Assembly (NCBI GenBank): GCA_003990765.1
Contig: RBNJ01000020.1
Location: 1-52,583 of the forward strand
Direction: 5' to 3'
DNA length: 52,583 nucleotides
Source of the DNA: Jimgerdemannia flammicorona
Taxonomy: Eukaryota
This document shows positions 1-10,599 of this stretch, piece by piece. Numbering within the stretch: position 1 is the first letter of the stretch; the number at the start of each line of letters is the position of its first letter. The notes beneath the pieces were generated by a model. The model was given only the letters and a program-made list of their open reading frames with translations, made no database searches and was not told the DNA's origin. A program made the position numbers and the translations under genes.

Positions 1-205
1 AATTGATTATTATAATTTAATCATCACTACTATGGCAAAAAAAACTTACTAAATAATATAAAGTAATCAAGTTTAATACAAAAGAACTTATTTTGAATAT
101 CAGTATATATCAGAACTCAATATTTGTAATAATTGAATAAGTACTAATACTTGCTATAATATATAGATATAATAATTTCACAGTCATATTTTAGTCTGAA
201 TATAT

Positions 206-3200
206 AGCAGAGGAAGAAGGCCCAGCAGGAGCCAAGGGAGCAAACTCAGAGCCAGTGTCAAAGCAAACAGAAGACATGTGGAAAAGCATGTATAAGGGGG
301 ATGAACAAAGAACATAACCAAAAATGCATCAGCCATTTATTGTCATATAAAAATGTAGTCCTTATATACAAAATATGATGTCCCAAAAGGGAGGATATGC
401 CACAACTCAGGGCGAACCGAATTAGGAACCACATGATCACTGGAGATAGACAGAGATAAAGAGAGAGCCAATCCCAGTTGTAGGATAAAAATCACAAACA
501 AACACAAACAAAACAAATCCAAATCAAGATTAAAAAACATCCGCAGACCCCAGAGGGGTGAGCACAAGTAAGGGGTGAGGCCAAAACGGAGTAAGCCACA
601 GTGAGCCCAAGTGAAGTGAGGGGCTGAAGGCAGCAGAGGGGAGCAGAGTAAGGCTGAGACCCCAGAGTGAGCACGAGACCCTGGAGGGGGCAAGGATATT
701 TTTTAATCCTCTCCAGCAGAGCTGAAGGCACCAGAAGGTGATGAAAACGCAAAACAAGAGTGATGGATTAAAGAAGAAACAGAAGGAAAACACAAATGAG
801 CAATTAGAGGGTATCGAGCAGCAGAGGAAGAAGGCCCAGTGGGAGCCAAGGGAGCAAACCCAGAGTCAGTGTCAAAGTGAATAGAAGACATGTGGAAAAG
901 CATGTATAAGGGGGATAAACAAAGAACGTAACTGAAAATGCATCAGCCATTTATTGCCATGTAAAAATGCAGTCCTTATATACAAAATATGACGTCCCAA
1001 AAGGGAGGACATGTCACAACTCAGGGCGAACCAAATTAGGAACTACATGACCACCGGAGATAGGTGGAGATAAAGGGGGAGCCAATCCCAGTTGCAGGAT
1101 AAAAATCACAAACAAATACAAACAAACCAAATCCAAATCGAGATTAAAAAATATCTACAGACCCTGGAGGGGTGAGCGTGAGTGAGGGGTGAGGTCAAAA
1201 TGGAGCGAGCCGCAGTGAGCCTGAGTGAAGTGAGGGGCTGAAGGCAGCAGAGGGGAGCAGAGTAAGGCCAAGACCCTGGAGCGAGCACGAGACCCCGGAG
1301 GGGGCAAGGATGTTTTTTAATTCTCTCTAGCAGAGCTGGAGGTACCAGAAGGTGATAAAAATGCAAAACGGAGCGATGAATTAAAGAAGAAACAGAAGGA
1401 AGATGCGAATGAGCAATCAGAGGGTGTTGAGAAAGAGATGAAAGTCCATGGCATGAAAGAGAAGAGCACAGGACAGTATCAGGGCATTGAGCAACCCAGT
1501 GAGCATGATCAAATGGTACGATGAGAATTGGGGGTGAGGAAGAAGAGGGGGTATGGAGAGGGTAAGGGGAGAGGGAGGGAAGAGAGGGGGGGTAAAGAGG
1601 AGAGAGCAGGGAAGAGTGAACAACAGACTATTCGACAGAAGCAAGCAGATCATAAACAACAGAAATAGGGTAGGCACAATGATAGACCACAAAGTTGCCA
1701 AGGACCTGAACAGCAGACACCCAATCAGAATGATGGGAGCAGCATAATGCAAGATGACGAGCCTCACCACAAATGCATTCAAGAAGAGTATGATGAGGAT
1801 GATTAGACAAGAAGTCAGAAAACTGTTGGGAATGGGGAAAGCAGGAATAAACAACAGTTTGGAAAGGAGAAAGAGAAATGGAAAGGTCCAAAAATGAGAT
1901 ACTAATCATACTGCAAACCCAGATAATAGAATGGTGGGGAGGGTAGATGCTCAGGAACATATTAGGGATATCAACACCAGTAACAGCGAAGACAATAAAG
2001 TCATCAATGTAATGGCAAAAGAAGATATCTCCAGCCTGGAATACAATGGAAAGAGGTGAAGTAATATCATGTAATGCACGCAATTCATGGGCCAGGCCAA
2101 TGAGGTTAGCAAGAGTGGGGGCACAATTCATTCCCATGGCAATACCAGAAGTCTGGTAAAAGGAGCCAAGGGCTGACTCAAAGTAATTAGAGCTGCAGAT
2201 GAGGAGCATAAGCTCAATGATAGAAGCCAGTGAAACTGGAGAATCCAAAGGAAAAACAATGGAGCCCAAGAAATGAAGGCAAGCATTGATCTCATCAAAA
2301 TGAATAGCAGTATAAAAGGAGGAGAAGTCACCAGAGGCCAAATGGAAAAAATGGTGAACAGGCACAATGGTGGAGCAGAGAAGGGCGAGCTCCTGAGTAT
2401 TATGAAGAATGGTATACTCAGGCCCAAGATAGTGTTGTAAGAGAGCCATCCAGGAGAGAAAGAAGCGGGATAACCACTTCGAAATCTTAGTGGTAGGAGA
2501 ACTGTAAGCAGCTGTAATGGGATGCCAAGCCAGAGTAGGCTTGTGAACTTTAGGAAGAGCATAGAAAACTGGAAGAGAAATATCCAGGGAGGACAAAGAG
2601 TCCTGGAAGAAGTTAAAAATGGGGTTTGCGAACAGGGAGTTCGAAAGCGTTCTGGCATGAGCCAGAGAAACCCAAAGAAGAGTGAGAATCTCATCCAATC
2701 CAAGAGCACTAGGCTCATAAGCCGTGGCTCAAAGAAGGGCAGAAAGGCCATCAAGGTAGAGCAACTTAGGAATAAGTACAAAACCCTAATTCTTATCAGT
2801 GACTGTGAGCAAATGCATAGGCAATTGCTTGACTGATTTAAGCATGGTATGCATGGCATGGTCCAAAACCAAGCAAGAGCGAGCGCGTCCAGGAACAGAC
2901 AGTGAACAGGTCATGTCGAGGAATATGCAGTGTGAAGAGACATTGGGAAGGGGGACCCAATCGCTAGGAATAAAATAGCAAAAGGGAATCTCACCACAAT
3001 CTTGAAAGAATATGATAAGGTCAAGAGTACGATGAAAATGTGTGAGATGAGCCAGATTGGTGAAGGAGAATTGTGAGGGAGTCGCAGGAAAAACAAAGCA
3101 AGGACCCAAGGATAAGGCAAAGACTTGAAGGGAAGAAAGGGGGCAGTCAGCCGAAAAAAAAGGAGGAGACAAAAGAGTTCCAAGAGAAGAGTAAACCCGA

Positions 3201-4279
3201 AAGTTCGAGACAAGCAACTGGGAAAGGTGAAGGGGGGACAATATGAGGAACCACTCAGGGCACACCAGAAGTGACGACAGAATCTGAGAAGAGATAGGGA
3301 CACTGGGGGAGAACCATGCCAGGGGGAAGTTTAAGAGCAGGAGGCCTTCTCCTTCCCTCTGACTTTTTTTAAAGGCAGCAAGCCCGATGAATGGGAGCAC
3401 ACCCCATCAGAGTGCCAGATCTTGCGGCCACAGGCTTTCATGTAGCCCTTACATTCAGGGGCATGGGTAGAGGAGGTGGAGGAGGAACCAGTGGAGGAGG
3501 CTGAAGGCGAGCGAGCAGCCGAAGGGGCAGCAGCATGAGGAACACCACCATGAGGACAGACAGACTTGGCTGGGTGCCAGTAGGCACAGTGGAGGTGACC
3601 GGAGCAGACAGCGCAAGACCAGGCCCCAACAGGGTGAGAACCAAGTTGGCGGCCACACTTGGGGGCAGGGGGAATGGAGGAAGAAGCCTTGGTGGGGGAG
3701 GGGGACTGGGAAGAGACTGACAAAGCCTAATTGGGCTTGGCAGGGGTCTTGGCAGGGGTCTTGGAGGGGGCCTTAGTGGCAGTAGCAGCGAAGGAACGAA
3801 CCTCAGCATGAGCAGCAGCATGAGCTTCAGAGGAAGAAGGCCCAGTAGGAGCCAAGGGAGCGAACCCAAAGCCAGTGTCAAAGCAAATGGAAGACATGTA
3901 GAAAAGCATATATAAGGGGGATGAACAAAGAATGTAACTGAAAAGTAGGGAAGAAGGCCCAGTGGGAGCCAAGAGAGCGAACCCAGAGCCAGTGTCAAAG
4001 CGAATGGAAGATATGTGGAAAAGCATATATAAGGGGGACGAACAAAGAACATAACCAAAAATGCATCAGCTATTTATTACCATATAAAAACATAGTCCTT
4101 ATATACAAAATACGACGTCCCAAAAGGAAGGATGTGCTACAACTCGGGGCAAACCAAATTAGGAACCACATGACTGCTGGAGATAGGCAGAGATAAAGGG
4201 AGAGCCAATCCCAGTTGTAGGATAAAAATCACAAACAAACACAAACAAAACAAATCCAAATTGAGATTAAAAAACATCC
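206..4279 (-). mobile_element. Penelope-like retroelement (EN-less, Coprina/Athena-type), left inverted copy; most of ORF1 missing; tandem pLTRs
   Basis: Reverse complement of 4265-9353. pLTR units at ~206-705, ~821-1322, a partial unit at 3827-3945, and 3949-4279. The RT region (1628-2698) has PLE-type motifs FYALPKVHKP, SGDFSSFYTAI, QTSGIAMGMNCAPTLANL and YIDD. Confidence 0.88.
1317..3270 (-). pseudogene. PLE reverse transcriptase ORF2 (stops and frameshifts), no GIY-YIG endonuclease seen
   Basis: ORF fragments 2786-3400 (LSLGPCF, FHRTLDLIIFF, TDKN) and 1628-2698 (RT core plus thumb SNHPHH). Confidence 0.85.
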
Positions 4280-4605
4280 TTGCCCCCTCTGGGGTCTCGC
4301 GCTCACTCCGGGGTCTCGGCCTTACTCTGCTCCCCTCTGCTGCCTTCGGCCCCTCACTTTGCTCGGGCTCGCTGTGGCTCGCTCTGTTTTGGCCTCACCC
4401 CTCACTTGTGCTCATCCCTCTGGGGTCTGTGGATGTTTTTTAATCTCAATTTGGATTTGTTTTGTTTGTGTTTGTTTGTGATTTTTATCCTGCAACTGGG
4501 ATTGGCTCCCCCTTTATCTCTGCCTATCTCCGGCGGTCATGTGGTTCCTAATTCAGTTCGCCCCGAGTTGTGGTGTATCCTCCCTTTTGGGACATTGTAT
4601 TTTGT

Positions 4606-4612
4606 ATATAAG
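4606..4612 (+). promoter_or_regulatory. Putative TATA box in the pLTR
   Basis: TATATAA about 85 nt upstream of the ORF1 ATG (4696), present in the full-length pLTR copies. Confidence 0.45.
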
Positions 4613-4695
4613 GACTGTGTTTTTACATGGTAATAAATGGCTGATGCATTTTCAGTTATATTCTTTGTTCATCCCCCTTATATATGCTTTTCCAC

Positions 4696-5887
4696 ATGTC
4701 TTCCGTTTGCTTTGACACTGGCTCTGGGTTCGCTCCCTTGGCTCCCGCTGGGCCTTCTTCCTCTGCTACTGTACTGCTTGCCCTCGGGACCTCTGTTCTC
4801 ATTGACAAGCTCATGGATGAGGCTCTTCCTCCTCCTCCTCCCTCCACCTTCACCCCTGCCACTGTCTCATTCGAGACATATGTCTCATCCGCCATCCTTT
4901 CCCTCCCCTTGGACCTTCGTCTCTCTGGCCATCTGTTCCTCTCCCAGTTTCGGTCAGTTCTTGCCCTCTCCACCAAGGAGGCTCATCTCCACTATGACAT
5001 CGACATCGTCGCTCTGCCTACTGTCTGCTACACTATTCTCCCTGAGGCCCACCGCCAAGCCCTCTCTGAAGAGGTTCATGCCACTACTGCTGCCACCAAG
5101 CTTGCTGCCACTGATGCCGCTGCTGCTTCCACCGCCACTGCCTCTGCCTCCTTCCATCGTGTCTGTGCCGCCTTCATGGCCTTTGCCTCCTCTCACCTTT
5201 CGGATACTGCCCCCTTCTGTGGCTTTGTCATCCAAGACGTTCCTTCTGTTGCTGTCAATATTGATGCTGTACATTGTTTTCTCCTCACCGGCACCTCCTT
5301 TATCACTCGCCTTCACAAGCAGAAGATGTCACATGCTGCCACCGCTGCTCGCACCACCGCCACTGCTCCCCTGCCTGCCTCCTCCAAGGTTTCAGTCTCT
5401 GAGGCCATTCGTGCTGAGGTTCGTTCCTTTGCTGCTGCCGCCACCAAGGCCCCCTCCAAGACCTGCCAAGACCCCTGCCAAGCCCAATTAGGCTTCATCG
5501 GCCTCTTCCTGGTCCCCCTCCCCTGCCAAGGCTTCTTCCTCCATTCTCCCTGCCCCCAAGCATGGCCGCCAACTTAGTTCTCACTCTGTTGGGGCCTGGC
5601 CTTGCACTGTCTGCTCCGGTCACCTCCACCATGCCTACTGGCACCCGGCCAAGTCTGTCTGTCCTCATGGTGGTATTCCTCATACTGCTGCCCCCTCGGC
5701 TGCTCACTTGCCTTCAGCCTCCTCTGCTGGTTCCTCCTCTACCTCCTCCACTCATACCCCTGAATGTAAGGGCTGCACGAAAGCCTGTGGCCGCAAGGTC
5801 TGGCACTCTGATGGGGTGTGCTCTCATTTGTCAGACTCGCTGCATTCAAAAAAAGTCAGAGGGAAGGAGAAGGCCTCCTGCTCTTAA
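4696..5887 (+). pseudogene. PLE ORF1: Ala/Ser/Pro-rich protein with two C-terminal Cys/His clusters (putative Zn-binding)
   Basis: MSSVCFDTGSGFAPLAP... (ORF 4684-5577). After a frameshift and stop it continues, as read from the left copy (3331-3723): CGRQLGSHPVGAWSCAVCSGHLH.AYWHPAKSVCPH and CKGCTKACGRKVWHSDGVCSH. Confidence 0.65.
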
Positions 5888-5952
5888 ACTTCCCCCTGTC
5901 GTAGTTCTCCTCCAGTTTTCCCGTCCCTTCTCGGATTCTGTCGTCACTTCTG

Positions 5953-7902
5953 GTGTGCCCTGAGTGGTTCCTCATGTTGTCCTCCCTTCATCTTTCCCAG
6001 TTGCTTGTCCCAAACTTTCGGGTTTACTCTTCTCTTGGAACTCTTCTATCTCCTCCTTTTTCTTCAACTGACTGCCCCCTTTCTCTCCTTCAAGTCTTTG
6101 CCTTATCCTTGGATCCTCACTTTGATTTTCCTGCGACTCTCTCACAATTCTCCTTCACTGATCTGGCTCATCTTATATGTTTTCGTCATGCTCTTGACCT
6201 TGCCATATTCTTTCAAGATTGTGGTGAGATGCCCTCTCGCTATTTTGTTCCTAGTAATTGGGTCCCCCCTCCCAATGTCTCTTCACACTGCATATTCCTT
6301 AACATGGCCTGTTCACTGTTCATTCCCAGATGCGCTTGCTCTTGCTTGGTTTCAGACCATGCCATACATACCATGCTTAAATCGGTCAAACAATTACCTA
6401 TATATTTGCTCACAGTCACTGATAAGAATTAGGGTTTTGTACTTATTCTTAAGTCACTCTACCTTAATGGCCTTTCTGCCCTCCTTTAAGCCATGGCTTA
6501 TGAGCCTAGTACTCTTGGATTGGATGAGATTCTCACTCTTCTTTGGGTTTCTCTGGCTTGCGCCAGATTGCTTTCAGACTCCCCATTCACAAACCCCATT
6601 TTTAACTTCTTCCAGGACTCTTTGTCCTCCCTGGATATTTCTCTTCCAGTTTTCTATACTCTTTCTAAAGTTCACAAGCCTACTCTGGCTTGGTGTCCCA
6701 TTACAACTGCTTACAGTTCTCCTACCACCAAGATTTCGAAGTGGTTATCCTGCTTCTTTCTCTCCTAGATGGCTCTCTTACAACACCATCTTGGGCCTGA
6801 GTATATCATTCTTTGTGATACTCAGAAGCTCACCCTTCTCTGCTCCACCATTGTGCCTGTTCACCATTTTTTCCATTTGGCCTCTGGTGACTTCTCCTCC
6901 TTTTATACTGCTATTCGTTTTGATGAGATTGATGCTTGTCTTCATTTCTTGGGCTCAATTGTTTTTTCTTTGGATTCCCTGGTTTCACTGACTTCCATCA
7001 TTGAGCTTATGCTCCTTGTCTGCAGCTCTAATTACTTTGAGTCGGCCCTTGGCTCCTTTCACCAGACTTCTGGTATTGCCATGGGAAGGAATTGTGCCCC
7101 CACTCTTGCCAACCTTGTTGGCCTGGCCCATGAATTGCATGTGTTACATGATATTAATTCACCTCTTTCCATTGCATTCTGGGCTGGAGATATCTTCTTT
7201 CACCATTACATTGATGACTTTATTGTCTTTACTGTTGCTGGTGTTGATATCTCTAATGTGTTCCTGGGCATCTACCCTCCCCACTATTCTATTATCTGGG
7301 TTTGCAGTATGACTAGTATCCTATTTTTGGATCTTTCCATTTTTCTTTCTCCTTTCCGAACTGTTGTTTATTCCTGCTTTCCCCATTCTCAACAATTCCC
7401 TGACTTCTTGTCCAATCATCCTCATCGTACTCTTCTTGAATATGTTCATGGTGAGGCTTGTCATCTTGCATTATACTGCTCCCGTCATTCTGATTGGGTG
7501 TCTGCTGTTCGGGTCCTTGGCAACTTCATGGTCTATCGTCATGCCTACCCTATTTCTATCATTCATGATCTGCTTGCTTCTGTCGAATGGTCTGTTGTTT
7601 GCTCTTCCCTGCTCTCTCCTCTTTATCCCCCCTCCCTTCCCTCCCTCCCCCCTTACCCTCTCCATACCCCCTCTTCTTTCCCACCCCCGATTCTCATCGT
7701 ACCATTTGATCGTGCTTGCTGGGTTGCTCAATACCCTGATACTGTCCTGTGCTCTTCTCTTTCATGCCATGGACTTTCATCTCTTTCTCGATGCCCTCTG
7801 ATTGCTCATTCGCATCTTCCTTCTGTTTCTTCTTTAATCTATCACTCTTGTTTTGCATTTTCGTCACCTTCTGGTGCCTCCGGCTCTGCTGGAGAGGATT
7901 AA
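5953..7902 (+). pseudogene. PLE reverse transcriptase ORF2 (in-frame stops), no endonuclease domain
   Basis: Same-frame fragments 5953-6432, 6493-6768 and 6769-7902: DKN*GFVL, FYTLSKVHKP, GDFSSFYTAI, GIAMGRNCAPTLANL, YIDD, thumb FLSNHPH. The C-terminus ends without GIY-YIG. Confidence 0.9.
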
Positions 7903-9353
7903 AAAACATCCTTGCCCCCTCCGGGGTCTTGCACTCGCTCTGGGGTCTTGGCCTTACTCCACTCCCCTCCACTGCCTTTGGTCCCTTGCTTCACTCAGGC
8001 TTGCTGTAGCTCACTCCATTTCAGTCTCACCCCTCACTTGCGCTCACCCCTCTGGGGTCTGCAGATGTTTTTTAATCTTGATTTGGATTTGTTTTGTTTG
8101 TGTTTGTTTGTGATTTTTATCCTGCAACTGGGATTGGCTCCCCCTTTATCTCTGCCTATCTCTAGTGGTCATGTGGTTCCTAATTCAGTTCGCCCCGAGT
8201 TGTGGCGTGTCCTCCCTTTTGGGACATCGTATTTTGTATATAAGGACCGCATTTTTACATGGTAATAAACAGCTGATGCATTTTCAGTTACATTCTTTGT
8301 TCGTCCCCCTTATATATGCTTTTCCACATGTCTTCTATTCGCTTTGACACTGGCTCTGGGTTCACTCCCTTGGCTCCCACTGGGCCTTCTTCCTCTGCTC
8401 CGGGGTCTTGCGCTCGCTCTGGGGTCTCGGCCTTACTCTGCTCTCCTCCACTGCCTTTGGCCCCTTGCTTCACTCAGACTCGCTGCGGCTCGCTCTGTTT
8501 CGGCCTCACCCCTCACTTGTGCTCACCCCTCCGGGGTCTGCGGATGTTTTTTAATCTCAATTTGGATTTGTTTTATTTGTGTTTGTTTGTGATTTTTATC
8601 CTGCAACTGGGATTGGCTCCCCCTTTATCTCTGCCTATCTCCAGCAGTCATATAGTTCCTAATTCGGTTCACCCCGAGTTGTGGTGCGTCCTCCCTTTTG
8701 GGACATCATATTTTGTATATAAGGACCATGTTTTTACATGGTAATAAACGGCTGATGTATTTTTGGTTACATTCTTTATTTGTCCCCCTTATATATGCTT
8801 TTCCACATGTCTTCTGTTTGCTTTGACACTGGCTCTAGATTCACTCCCTTGGCTCCCACTGGGCCTTCTTCCTCCACATCTTGTGCTCACTCTGGGGTCT
8901 TGGCCTTACTCTGCTCCCCTCCGCTGCCTTTGGCCCCTTGCTTCACTCAGGCTTGCTGTGGCTTACTCTGTTTTGGCCTCACCCCTCGCTTGTGCTCACC
9001 TCTCTGGGGTCTGTGGATGTTTTTTAATCTTGATTTGGATTTGTTTTGTTTGTGTTTGTTTGTGATTTTTATCCTGCAACTGGGATTGGCTCCCCCTTTA
9101 TCTCTGCCTATCTCCAGCAGTCATGTAGTTCCTAATTCAGTTCACCCTGAGTTGTGGCACATCCTCCCTTTTGGGATGTCATATTTTATATATAAGGACC
9201 ACGTTTTTACATGGCAATAAACAGCTGATGCATTTTCAGTTATATTCTTTGTTTATCTCCCTTATACATGCTTTTCCACATGTCTTCTGTTCGCTTTGAC
9301 ACTGGCTCTGGGTTCACTCCCTTGGCTCCCACTGGGCCTTCTTCCTCTACTCC
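7897..9353 (+). repeat. Three tandem pseudo-LTRs (7897-8398, 8399-8875, 8876-9353)
   Basis: Direct repeats with periods of ~479 and ~473 bp, each ending at GGGCCTTCTTCCTC. Confidence 0.92.
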
Positions 9354-10211
9354 ATGAATAAATGTGGGGTTTTAGAGAGGTCTGATCTAGATGCTGGGAC
9401 CTTAGAATATAGAGTTCAATTCTTATAGGAATTGATCTGAGTTGTTCTGAAGGATGAGATACCAGAACTCTTCTACCTTATCACTATCAAGAGTAATAGT
9501 AGACTGGACTTCTGTTGCCACTCTGGCTTCTAGTACATTGATATAGCAGACTAACAGATCTCTAAAGTCTGTGACTCTAGTATACTTCAAGTTAGGAATT
9601 GACTATGATGTATGTCTGAAGATCTGATGAATCTTCTTAGTTATTCTTATTTTACATATATCTATAGAAGTGATATCTTGTAACTCTTGAGGGCTGGCCT
9701 GTGGGAACTCTCAGCAGAGGAGGTTTCCTATTTCATACTCCTGTCATATATATTTAGAGGCATTTTGTAGCAATAGTGATCCTTGTTTCCATTTTATAGA
9801 AATAGAAAATAAAGTGATAAGAATCCCCAGTACCCAGATTAAGGCTAGGAGTCCTTCTTATATAAGTCCTCATGACTCTTCTAATGTCTTGGATTATCCT
9901 TTCTTTGACTGAGATATCTTGGTGGTTTCTTGACCTTGAGGTTTGGTGAGCAGTAGGCATTTCATTTATAGTAAGTCTTTGAGCTATTTTGGAATTAATA
10001 GGTCTTATTGAGTTGCTGCTACTATAGTTCCTTGATCCTTCTTTTATATTTCTTAAGATGCCTGTACTGTAGTCATAATGACTTACAGTTAGTCATCATT
10101 ACTCATCTCATAGCCTAGATAAGTTATGCCATATGATCTTCTTCTAATCTAGTAACTTATAAAGAAGACTATCTCCTATGCTGATGTTATTATTCTGAGG
10201 TCACCATTACA
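9354..10211 (-). repeat. Element A 3' LTR (truncated by the PLE)
   Basis: Homologous to 22618-23470; ends ...CCATTACA followed by the PPT complement. Confidence 0.9.
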
Positions 10212-10599
10212 TCTTTCTCCTGAATAAGGATCTTCTTGAATATCCTTATTTATTGGTCCAGTCTTGAAAAATTTGCTGATCTCATAACCTCTGGCAGAGA
10301 GTTGAAAAGTAGTATTTATGGGCTGATATCTTCTCTATGTATTTTGGCATAATAGTAAAGAATTGTTCTCTTTATATAAAGTAAGGGCCTGATTCTGATC
10401 TTGACCAATCAGTTGATGGTTCAAACTTCTCTAGCTTTAAAAGTCTCACAGATGAGTAGTTGCTGATACTGTATCTCTTAGAGAATGGTTCAAACAGATT
10501 GCCTGCTGGTCACAGGATATGCTGTTACAATTTGTAGACTAGAACCTTATGGGCAGTCATCACATTTTACTTCTCTTGTATAGGTTTATGATATTTCTT

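Larger units (their letters stand above)
4265..9353 (+). mobile_element. Penelope-like retroelement, near full-length right copy: pLTR-ORF1-ORF2(RT)-3 tandem pLTRs
   Basis: 5' pLTR at 4265-4767, ORF1 starting inside it, RT ORF ending at TAA 7900-7902, then three ~475-500 bp direct repeats. Confidence 0.9.

Noticed and set aside
1-205. AT-rich left flank as a distinct feature
   Set aside because: Too short and degenerate to assign; probably another decayed repeat.
4280-4633. Recurrent ~117-aa ORFs (MPPPGS...) in the pLTRs
   Set aside because: Non-ATG starts, low-complexity translation of the hairpin and T-rich tract, and recurrence explained by the repeat itself.
4630-4680. Hammerhead ribozyme in the pLTR (CTGATG...)
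   Set aside because: Copies read CTGATGC or CTGATGT, not CTGANGA, and there is no downstream GAAA core on that strand.
6421-6440. TAG shared by both PLE copies (DKN*G, and PN*A at 5488) as stop-codon recoding or readthrough
   Set aside because: It is reachable from CAG, CGG or TGG by the dominant transitions, or inherited from one template. Other stops differ between the copies.
206-9353. DIRS or tyrosine-recombinase element, suggested by the inverted termini
   Set aside because: No RNase H or tyrosine recombinase; RT motifs are PLE-type.
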